Part shown: positions 17,860-25,454 of the stretch, piece after piece
Layout of the letters: every line of letters starts with the position of its first letter
Position numbering within the stretch: the first letter of the stretch is position 1
Source of the DNA: Candidatus Saccharimonadales bacterium
GTDB lineage: Bacteria; Patescibacteriota; Saccharimonadia; Saccharimonadales; Saccharimonadaceae
Assembly: GCA_049286925.1 (NCBI GenBank)
Contig: JBAQEV010000017.1
Coordinates: 285 to 64,284 of the forward strand
Reading direction: 5' to 3'
DNA: 64,000 nt
The notes under the pieces: generated by a model
Told to the model about the DNA's origin: nothing
Databases searched by the model: none
What the model saw: only the letters and a program-made list of their open reading frames with translations
Made by a program: the position numbers and the translations under genes

Positions 17860-18734
17860 TGGACAGTCTATTTAATAGCAGAGAGATTGCTACTGGACTA
17901 TGGCTGGTAGCACTGATAATCTTTGCTTCACGCTTCAAAGTAGTGCGTTCATCAATTGTGGATGTCCTTAAAGCATTATTCACGCCAAAACTGATTATAC
18001 CGTTACTTATATCATTTATTCCGACTACTGTGGTTGTCCTTGTGCTAGCTTATTTTGATTTGTGGGACATGTCTGTATTAAAAGAAACGATTTATTGGGT
18101 CATCGGTACTGGACTCGTAATGTTCGGTAGTTTCACTGACGTTAAAAGTGTTAAGGCACTGTACAAAAAGACAGCAAAAGACACGCTAGCATTGATTGTT
18201 GTGCTTGAGTTCCTGATTTGGTTTTATGTATTTCCACTGTGGGCTGAACTATTGTTCGTGCCGTTCGTGACCCTGCTTGTCTTATTAACGACAATGGCAC
18301 AATACATGAAGACAGAAGGCATCGACCTAACACGCAAGGTCTTAAACGGGGTTCAGGTATTTGTGGGATTGGTGATATTAATGTTTGTGATGGTAGCACT
18401 TATAAAAGACCCGAGACCGCTATTCACGTATCAGAACCTAGAGTTGTTCTTGTTGCCTCTAGTTTTGTCGTTCACATATGCACCCTCTGTGTACCTACTA
18501 GCCCTGTACAGCAAGTATGAGCTAGCTTTTAACCGTATAAACCACTTTACGACTCTAAGCAAAAAAGATAAAAATGCTATCAAATGGGCTACCATCAAAC
18601 GCTGTGGTTTAAGTGTGTCTGTAACGGGTGAGATAATACGACACTTAGCAATAAACCTAAGCAACGACACTACAAAGGCTCAAGCCCTGAAGCTTGTAAG
18701 AAACTTTGACCCGAAACAACCGTCGTTCCTATAG
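17859..18734 (+). CDS. Polytopic membrane protein (about 7-8 TM)
   Basis: Hydrophobic throughout. Translationally coupled to 17302..17859. Confidence 0.65.
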   Translation: MDSLFNSREIATGLWLVALIIFASRFKVVRSSIVDVLKALFTPKLIIPLLISFIPTTVVVLVLAYFDLWDMSVLKETIYWVIGTGLVMFGSFTDVKSVKALYKKTAKDTLALIVVLEFLIWFYVFPLWAELLFVPFVTLLVLLTTMAQYMKTEGIDLTRKVLNGVQVFVGLVILMFVMVALIKDPRPLFTYQNLELFLLPLVLSFTYAPSVYLLALYSKYELAFNRINHFTTLSKKDKNAIKWATIKRCGLSVSVTGEIIRHLAINLSNDTTKAQALKLVRNFDPKQPSFL

Positions 18735-19181
18735 CCTAGAAAATACCTAACTTTGTTAGAAACGCCCCTAGACTTGATTCATTTTTTACGTTTTTATTTG
18801 CAAAACGTACTAATACTCAACTTTCAATTTTAGACGCAAAATAATTGACGAACATACTATAAAAAACGGCAAAAAACACGCTTTTATATGCGAGATGGGT
18901 ATAACATCAACTTTTGACTTAGGACGAGAGTTTTGCGTTTTGGCTCAGGGGTGAGAAATTGCAAAACGGCATGTTTTCGAGGCTACTTGTTGTATAATAA
19001 TGCCATAGACCTAAACCAGACATATGTTTGGCATGGTCTCAAATCATCAAGAAGAAACAGCTCGTCGTGAGTACTTCTTCTTGATGTTACTACTGGAAAC
19101 GGTGGTAGGTAGCTTCGGCTATCGCTCATGGCGGGCTTTTTAGTTTGCCTGAGATACTACTAACCCGTGGAGAATCTACCA

Positions 19182-19946
19182 ATGAAGAAGGCAAACAAAG
19201 ACAACAAGAGTAAATCATTATTGAAGTGGATACTACTAGGATTGGCTGTTGTACTATTGGGGGCTGGTGGATACTTTGGCTATAAATATTACCAAGACTA
19301 TAAAGCAAATAAAGTTTACTCTGTAGGTGAATCTGTTAGTTTCTCCGACTTCGATATGCAAATTACAAAAGCAGAGTTTAAGCCAGTTAATCTAGAACTC
19401 AAATCAGATTACGTAAAGAAGTATGGAGATGTAAACTCTAAGGAAAATTGTGATACATTCTCAAAAGACAAAACATATGATATCCAGCTAAAATCTAATG
19501 TTGGAGCTTCCGAGTACAACATATGTATTAGGCGAAATGACATCAGAGATAGTGCGACTAAGTACATCAGCGACAACTCCCAATTAGTTGTAGACTACGC
19601 TATTCGCTCTAATGGAAACGTTAATAGTAAAGATATTCAATTAAGCCTCACACCTGATAGTGGTCGTGATGTTATGAAAGACAGTGGGCTGTACCTAGGC
19701 GGTTTTCAGAAAGATGCACAAGAAGAGTTCACTACAAGCAGTCTATTTCCTGCACCCGTTTACCAATTGTTTGGTTCACCGACATTTACGCATTCTGCAT
19801 ATAACAAAAGTGAACTTACTGGGGATATAAACAAAGGTCTTGAGCGTACAGGCTATATCTACACTGATGTTCGCAACTCAGAGAGCAGTGTTGATGTTAA
19901 GATAACGTATAAGGGCGAGACACGTTTAGTGCGTATTAGCAGGTAA
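19182..19946 (+). CDS. Membrane-anchored/secreted protein (possibly DUF4352-like)
   Basis: Lys-rich N-terminus plus a TM helix (WILLGLAVVLLGAGGYFGY), followed by a beta-rich domain. ATG at 19182 has GGAGA 8 nt upstream. The tracked ORF starts at GTG 19167. Confidence 0.6.
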   Translation: MKKANKDNKSKSLLKWILLGLAVVLLGAGGYFGYKYYQDYKANKVYSVGESVSFSDFDMQITKAEFKPVNLELKSDYVKKYGDVNSKENCDTFSKDKTYDIQLKSNVGASEYNICIRRNDIRDSATKYISDNSQLVVDYAIRSNGNVNSKDIQLSLTPDSGRDVMKDSGLYLGGFQKDAQEEFTTSSLFPAPVYQLFGSPTFTHSAYNKSELTGDINKGLERTGYIYTDVRNSESSVDVKITYKGETRLVRISR

Positions 19947-19951
19947 ACAAT

Positions 19952-20728
19952 ATGAAAATCACACACCACCTAGGACGATTCACTACATTCTTCAAGGAGA
20001 GCAGTCTTGTTATACAGCTAGTAATTGTAACTTCTGCTATTGGCATTATTGCAGGAACTGCGACAGTTGCAGCGATGGTAGTAACACCAAACAATAACGA
20101 AGGCTCAACCAATAGCACGACTAGCGAAAGTAGTGATGTTGCAAGCGATACCGTTAGTCAACAATCTACAAGTAATGAAGATGAACAGACAACAGATACT
20201 GACTCTGCTACAGCTACACCACAGGCAAACGAGACTACACCACAGAACAACGCACAGCAGAATACGCCCCAAGACTCTAGCAACAATAGCAAGCCAGAGA
20301 CACAGCCTCAGACACCCGCACAGCCTACTTACACAGACTCTTATTCGTTTAAGGCAAACTGCTCAAGTAGCCCACAGCAAACAAGCACACAAATGGACTC
20401 ATGGGGCTATAACAAATGCTATAGCTCAAGCTATACAGCATGGAAGGTTCAAGAGAAGTTTGGCACAGCACCTCTCAACTGGGGAGACCCTAAGAACTGG
20501 TTACAAGCAGCTGACAATGCGAATATCTCAAGAGGTACTACTGCTAAGCTGCATTCAGTAGGTATACAGACAACTGGCGGTGCTGGTTGGTCTGTATGGA
20601 TTGAAGCAGTTAATAACGATGGAACAGTAGATATAAGCTACTACAACTTCAACAATAATCTAGCTTACGGTAAACAATATAGTGTTAGTCCATCTGTATT
20701 TAATAGCTACATCTACTTTGGTGAATAG
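19952..20728 (+). CDS. Membrane-anchored protein with a T/S/Q/P-rich linker and a CHAP-like C-terminal domain
   Basis: The C-terminus resembles the CHAP layout (NKCYSSSYTAWKV ... WGDPKNWLQAA ... GGAGWSVWIEAVNNDGTVDISYYN). The expected GHVA His position reads GWSV. Confidence 0.55.
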   Translation: MKITHHLGRFTTFFKESSLVIQLVIVTSAIGIIAGTATVAAMVVTPNNNEGSTNSTTSESSDVASDTVSQQSTSNEDEQTTDTDSATATPQANETTPQNNAQQNTPQDSSNNSKPETQPQTPAQPTYTDSYSFKANCSSSPQQTSTQMDSWGYNKCYSSSYTAWKVQEKFGTAPLNWGDPKNWLQAADNANISRGTTAKLHSVGIQTTGGAGWSVWIEAVNNDGTVDISYYNFNNNLAYGKQYSVSPSVFNSYIYFGE

Positions 20729-20959
20729 TCGTATACAGGTATAAATAGACATAGCCAAAAGCTGCTAGGAATCGGGCGATTTACAGGGGTAGAAGTATGG
20801 ATTTTTCGTTTTTTACTTATGTCATGCTTATGGTATAAAGTAGTACTCCTATAAACAGGACTTACACTGCTATGCTTGTACACCCCTACCGCACCCCAGT
20901 ACTACAGCTATAACAAATCCAAGATATATAATTTTGAAATATAAATTCAGTAGATTGTT

Positions 20960-21592
20960 TTACGATACTTTTTTAGGCGGTGTTAAATCCCAGTATTCAC
21001 ACATGTGCTCAAACAGGTATTTTGCAAAGAAGCTGTCACGTTGTTCGGTAGCTATAAGCAAGACCTCGAGTCGAATTAGTTCTTCTGCGATTGTTTGGGT
21101 TTTCTCCTTCGTTTCCAAGTTCTGCGTAAAGAGATTGTGGATGATTTGATTTCTATTCTTTATAAAATTGCTTAACTGTTGTAGGTAGTCTTGGTACTTC
21201 TGCTCACTAGCATCGTCAGTGTAACGGAAAAGCTTGAGGGCTATTAGTTTAGTACCAAGCGTTAAGTCTGCAAAACCAATAGTCTTACCGTTCCGCTTAA
21301 AATTATTTGCGATTTTACCTGAAGCCTTCTCGCCGACTACATGTGGGTTAGGCTGACCACTTGTAACTGCAACCCTGTCGTAGAAGTCGTTAAGTGCACG
21401 TTCAAGCCATTGAGTTTTTATATTGAATAGACAGATAAGTTTAGTTAGCCCATCCATATTTGAGTCATTAATGTCCTTAGTGAATTTCTTATATAGTTCG
21501 TCTGCTTCTGCATATAAACGGTATTTCTTATCCATTGCCGTTTCTGGGTGAGATGACACGTAAGGAATGTCTAGTCTGTTTTCATCAATCAT
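20960..21592 (-). CDS. Hypothetical protein with an RNxxxH (HEPN-type) motif
   Basis: RNQIIH at residues 147-152 (nt 21137..21154). I chose the ATG at 21592 because it forms an ATGA overlap with the upstream gene. Confidence 0.6.
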   Translation of the reverse strand: MIDENRLDIPYVSSHPETAMDKKYRLYAEADELYKKFTKDINDSNMDGLTKLICLFNIKTQWLERALNDFYDRVAVTSGQPNPHVVGEKASGKIANNFKRNGKTIGFADLTLGTKLIALKLFRYTDDASEQKYQDYLQQLSNFIKNRNQIIHNLFTQNLETKEKTQTIAEELIRLEVLLIATEQRDSFFAKYLFEHMCEYWDLTPPKKVS

Positions 21593-22152
21593 TGTTTTAA
21601 GCCAAGTTTGAGTGCAATAAATAGGACTAGTAAAGATGACGCAACACCAAGCACGAATCCTACCAAGACCTGCACCCACTTAAAGCTCCTGTCTGAAATT
21701 AAGTGTTTATGTGTTCCGTAGCGACTCTTATACTCCTGAGAAATTCCACGCATCTCCATGAGCGTATATAGGTTATCTCTAATTCCACCCTCTATAATCT
21801 CTCGCTTTCTGAAAAGGTCAGGGTTTACTTCACGGATATGATTGCTATCGGGGAATTTCCAAGCTTGACCACACTCAAGTACATGACCAGACATTTCGCT
21901 ACCAATCGTCTGCATGTTTTTAATCATGAGGGGGTGTGCACGCCTTCGCTTAAAACGCCACATCTTCCAAGTACTAAATACGTCCTCCTTAGCTCTTTTT
22001 GCGAGACCTTCAGTTCTCCGCATACGCATATCTACATCAACTGTATGCTCCCCAAGTTTACGAAAATCTTGGATTTGGCGAAGCATTTGTTTGTTCCACT
22101 TTTTGAGTGAATCTAGTTCTTCAAATAGTTCTTTTTTGGTATAGTCTTTCAT
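21589..22152 (-). CDS. Hypothetical protein with a C-terminal TM anchor
   Basis: Charged helical N-terminal part and a C-terminal helix WVQVLVGFVLGVASSLLVLFIALKL. Coupled to 20960..21592. Confidence 0.55.
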   Translation of the reverse strand: MKDYTKKELFEELDSLKKWNKQMLRQIQDFRKLGEHTVDVDMRMRRTEGLAKRAKEDVFSTWKMWRFKRRRAHPLMIKNMQTIGSEMSGHVLECGQAWKFPDSNHIREVNPDLFRKREIIEGGIRDNLYTLMEMRGISQEYKSRYGTHKHLISDRSFKWVQVLVGFVLGVASSLLVLFIALKLGLKQ

Positions 22153-22243
22153 CTACTTACATCTTATCAGTTATTAGGAAGAGATTGGCAAACTAGAAAT
22201 GACACGAATATACGTAGGTTCAACATAATTCTCGTTAATCAAC

Positions 22244-22447
22244 TTACGACTTCTTTTTATGTGCAATATCTGGGTTTTTAGAGGTTCTTTGCTTTTTACG
22301 TTCAGGGGCATTTAGTATCATAGTGCGTCTCTCAATACTCTTTTTGACTTTATCAACACTAGTAATTTTAGGTGCACTAAAAGCCCTGTTATCCCAATTA
22401 GATGTGTCAGCAGGTGATTCTTGAGGTGGTAACTTTATCTCACTCAT
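22244..22447 (-). CDS. Hypothetical small basic protein (67 aa)
   Basis: ORF only. It lies 8 nt downstream of the stop of the open frame 22459..22615. Confidence 0.35.
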   Translation of the reverse strand: MSEIKLPPQESPADTSNWDNRAFSAPKITSVDKVKKSIERRTMILNAPERKKQRTSKNPDIAHKKKS

Positions 22448-22614
22448 TAACTTTATTATAACAAGAAGTCCATACTAGAAGCACGTTCAGACCGTACAAG
22501 GCTATCAAGTCGTGAATCTAATGAATCAAGGCTAGTTTTGATACTACCAAAGTTAACTAGCAGGTTATGCAGGGTTTTTAGAATAGGTTCGTTTGAGGAC
22601 GCAGTACGCCGACC

Positions 22615-22654
22615 AAATAAAAAAGACCATCCGTAAGGATAGTCTTTTTTATTT
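22615..22654. terminator. Strong bidirectional terminator (17 of 18 bp stem, GTAA loop)
   Basis: AAATAAAAAAGACCATCC-GTAA-GGATAGTCTTTTTTATTT. Confidence 0.75.
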
Positions 22655-22655
22655 G

Positions 22656-22800
22656 GACCGCCGGGTGGCAGGCCTCAAACCTTCGACTTTTTGTCAAAGA
22701 CAAAAATAGTCGGAGGTTTGGCGTAGCGCCATGCAGCAAAATTAGTTTACTCATTTTGCAAACAAGCGGAGGAGCCGCAGGCGATGTCCTTTCGCTCTCC
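22656..22800 (-). other. GC-rich structured region with a ~50-bp imperfect palindrome carrying an inverted copy of the tRNA-Pro T-arm
   Basis: 22674..22687 (CTCAAACCTTCGAC) is the exact reverse complement of tRNA-Pro 15248..15261. This 14-mer forms one arm of the long hairpin 22672..22722. The ends pair (GGAC-CGCC with GGCG-GTCC), and the region lies directly upstream (minus strand) of the 22615..22654 terminator. Confidence 0.45.
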
Positions 22801-23475
22801 CTAAAACATCTCCCCATCACCCCCAATACTCCCCGCTCCAAAATCACCATTTGATAAGGTTGCTCCACTAATATTTCCTTTGAATGTCTTTTTAGTCATT
22901 GTTCCATCATCAAATTTTACAGCGATGTCAAATGAAATCGATCTTGTCAAAGATGCTGGCGTTAATCCACCATAACTCAAAAGTTTTGATGAGTCATAAG
23001 TGCCAACAGTCTCTAAAATACTCTCAACCGTGTAATTTACACCTGTGCGGCAAGTCATATCAAAGCTAGCATAGCCCGCTTGTTGCACACCCGAAGTATA
23101 TGTACCGACACTGGCTTTCTTGTCGCTGACGTTACAATCGCCAACCGCATTCAAATTGTTGACATGCAATTCTTCGATAGCAACCTTGGCCATCTTTTTG
23201 CCTGAATGCAACGTAACCTGAGCTGGCGCCCTATAACCAGAGACTACGTTTTTATCATCGGTCGCAAAATTAGCTGGACTGGCCTGAAGAAGAGCCGAAT
23301 AAACCTCGACGTTTTCACCCTCAGCTTGCGTGCCAGTGATCTTTTCGTCTGTCGTGGATTCGGTGTTGTTTTGCGTTTTATTATTACCCGCCACCGAAGC
23401 ATTGTAAACGGCATACCCGCCGCCACCGACAACGACTACCGAAGCAATAATTAATACAATATTTTTTATTAGCAT
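22801..23475 (-). CDS. Secreted/anchored hypothetical protein
   Basis: Signal-anchor MLIKNIVLIIASVVVVGGGG followed by a beta-rich domain. The start at 23475 was chosen over 23523. Confidence 0.6.
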   Translation of the reverse strand: MLIKNIVLIIASVVVVGGGGYAVYNASVAGNNKTQNNTESTTDEKITGTQAEGENVEVYSALLQASPANFATDDKNVVSGYRAPAQVTLHSGKKMAKVAIEELHVNNLNAVGDCNVSDKKASVGTYTSGVQQAGYASFDMTCRTGVNYTVESILETVGTYDSSKLLSYGGLTPASLTRSISFDIAVKFDDGTMTKKTFKGNISGATLSNGDFGAGSIGGDGEMF

Positions 23476-23560
23476 TTTTTCACTTTCAATTGGTATGAAA
23501 ATATAGTGGTTTTGATTTACCATTTCTCAAAGCCTAATTAGATTTTACCATTTAAATTAA

Positions 23561-23587
23561 AAAGAGGCCGACATGCAGCCTCTTTTT
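23561..23587. terminator. Terminator hairpin between 23611..24027 and 22801..23475
   Basis: AAAGAGGC (23561-23568) pairs with GCCTCTTT (23578-23585) and is followed by T-runs. Confidence 0.65.
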
Positions 23588-23610
23588 AATAAATTTATAT
23601 TAAATTTTTA

Positions 23611-24027
23611 TTATCTGTTGGAACGACCGTGCTGTCCGCCACCCATACCGGTGCCAGTGCCGTCGCAACTTGCTTGCCTGTCCTTCATATCTTGGAGTCG
23701 ATTTGCAACTTCTTCCTCGCTTAAACCATTGTCAGCCCATCTTTTTTGAGCAGCTGACTGCATAGCATCATGTACCTTATCAATATTGACGCCTTTTTCA
23801 TCAGCAATTTGCTGAAGCGTCTTGGTCTCGAGCTCCGTTTTAAGTTCATCACTTGTCATGCCCAGTGACTCTGCTTTGGCTGTCAATGATTGCGTATATC
23901 CATAACGTCCACCATTACCGTTAATATTTGCGTTTGTACTTTGGGCACCCGCAAAACTTGGTATCAGCATTAATCCTGCTGTTGCCAAGGTAAATACCCC
24001 GCTACCTATTACTAATTTTTTATTCAT
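23611..24027 (-). CDS. Secreted hypothetical protein
   Basis: GGAGG RBS before ATG 24027. Signal peptide ...IPSFAGAQS. Last gene of the ECF sigma operon. Confidence 0.65.
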   Translation of the reverse strand: MNKKLVIGSGVFTLATAGLMLIPSFAGAQSTNANINGNGGRYGYTQSLTAKAESLGMTSDELKTELETKTLQQIADEKGVNIDKVHDAMQSAAQKRWADNGLSEEEVANRLQDMKDRQASCDGTGTGMGGGQHGRSNR

Positions 24028-24079
24028 TTGTTTTGCCTCCTTCCGGCATATGTAGTACAAATGGCCGAAGAGTTTTATT

Positions 24080-24544
24080 TCATTTTAAATTATTACAAAC
24101 GATACAGGCTGGGTCATGCCTGTTAAACGTACTAGGTAGCGAGCTATATGAAAACACAAAACCTAACATGGCAGCTATCGTAACAACTATCAATATCAAA
24201 TACCCTAGTTTTATTTTATACAGACCCCTAAACTTTCGTATCATGTAAATAATTGCGACCAGCGATATTGCCCCCAACAGTAACGCCCACCAAGGAAAAA
24301 CATCAACCAAATTAGCCAGATTGCGCTTTGCCCCATATGCCGGCCCCTGAGCGGCTTGTATGCGCAGCCAGAACGTCAAAACACTCATAGAGTACGCACT
24401 GACTACGCCCAGCAGCAATATTGTCAGTATGCTAAGAAAACTAAGCATCGAAAAATAAATTCGTGGATGCATTTTCGCCTTGCCCGTTTTAATGCGGGAC
24501 ATGACGTTTTCTTCAATTGGGCTAATTGGTTTTTTACTATTCAT
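24080..24544 (-). CDS. Membrane protein, putative anti-sigma factor
   Basis: Overlaps the sigma gene stop by 8 nt. Four TM helices and a C-terminal Cys pair (CIVC). The function is inferred from position only. Confidence 0.5.
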   Translation of the reverse strand: MNSKKPISPIEENVMSRIKTGKAKMHPRIYFSMLSFLSILTILLLGVVSAYSMSVLTFWLRIQAAQGPAYGAKRNLANLVDVFPWWALLLGAISLVAIIYMIRKFRGLYKIKLGYLILIVVTIAAMLGFVFSYSSLPSTFNRHDPACIVCNNLK

Positions 24545-25112
24545 GTTTTACTCCGCGTTCTTCACACACTTTCTTTAATTCGACCTTGGCCCGTTTAATT
24601 CTGATTCCTACAGTTGAGGTTGGCATTTGCAAAATATCACTTATCTCATCATATTTTAAATGATCAAAGTAATACAGCATAATCACCTCTCTATACTTTA
24701 TACTCAAATTGCCTAGACACTTTTTAACATTGTCTTTTAGAAAATTCTTATCGATAGTTTTATCGGTCGAAAATTTAACAAAAATTTCATCTCCTGTCAT
24801 TCCTCTGTCGCTAAATGTCGGTGACTTTTTGTTGCGTTTTATCAAATTCATAGCCTCATTGTGCAATATTCGATAAATCCACGACGAAAATGACCTATTT
24901 AAATCAAATCCCCTAAGGTTGGTGTAGGCTTTGATGAATGATTCTTGGACTAAATCCGAGGCCATGTCGTAATCTTTAATCAAAAAATTAGCATATCGAA
25001 GCAGCTTGGCCTCATATCTTTCGACAATCAAAGCATACTTATCGATATCGCCCTCCAAAATAATTGAGACGATTTGCGAATCCGAAACGTTTTCCGATTT
25101 TTCATCTACCAT
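24537..25112 (-). CDS. ECF-type sigma-70 family RNA polymerase sigma factor
   Basis: Region 2 (DLVQESFIKAY...WIYRILHNEAMNLIKR) and region 4 (YREVIMLYYFDHLKYDEISDILQMPTSTVGIRIKRAK). Confidence 0.9.
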   Translation of the reverse strand: MVDEKSENVSDSQIVSIILEGDIDKYALIVERYEAKLLRYANFLIKDYDMASDLVQESFIKAYTNLRGFDLNRSFSSWIYRILHNEAMNLIKRNKKSPTFSDRGMTGDEIFVKFSTDKTIDKNFLKDNVKKCLGNLSIKYREVIMLYYFDHLKYDEISDILQMPTSTVGIRIKRAKVELKKVCEERGVKHE

Positions 25113-25205
25113 TACCTGTTATTGTACAACTAAATGCATAAAATTATTTCAAACCTCTGTTTAATATTTGACGTACACAAGCTCTTATAGCATAATATAT
25201 ACCTT

Positions 25206-25454
25206 ATGTCAGAGAAGCCACTAATGCCAACCGAAAGCAAATTGCCGGCAGTTATCTACCCAGAATCGAATCAGATTAAGGTTGGCTATGAACGCGCGCT
25301 TAAAGACGATATTAATCTTAGACTATCAGACATTATAAAAGACCTTAATGAATTAAATGACTGCCTGAACAAGTTTGAAGAAGATTTAAAGGACCTAAGA
25401 AGGCCACGTGGTTTGCTGGGACGGATAGCAACTTTTTTTACTTTTAGACAATAG
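25206..25454 (+). CDS. Hypothetical small protein
   Basis: ORF only, with a coiled-coil-like composition. Confidence 0.4.
   Translation: MSEKPLMPTESKLPAVIYPESNQIKVGYERALKDDINLRLSDIIKDLNELNDCLNKFEEDLKDLRRPRGLLGRIATFFTFRQ

Larger units (their letters stand above)
15279..22615. mobile_element. Integrated element (~7.3 kb) at the 3' end of tRNA-Pro with serine recombinase, excisionase-type HTH and cargo
   Basis: The recombinase and excisionase-type HTH genes abut the tRNA. CCGACCA, the last 7 nt of the tRNA (15272..15278), recurs at 22609..22615 in a tRNA 3'-end-like context (TTTGAG...CCGACCA). None of the cargo genes is a housekeeping gene. The boundaries are inferred. Confidence 0.6.

Noticed and set aside
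22586-22615. A functional tRNA at the right island end (TTTGAGG...CCGACCA)
   Set aside because: Only a diverged 3'-end-like stretch is present. There is no matching acceptor 5' strand, D-arm or anticodon arm upstream. It is interpreted as an att-site/tRNA remnant instead.
22578-22868. 96-aa ORF in the track on the minus strand
   Set aside because: It spans the terminator, the palindromic structured region and the 3' end of the neighbouring CDS. There is no RBS and RNA/DNA structure explains the sequence better.
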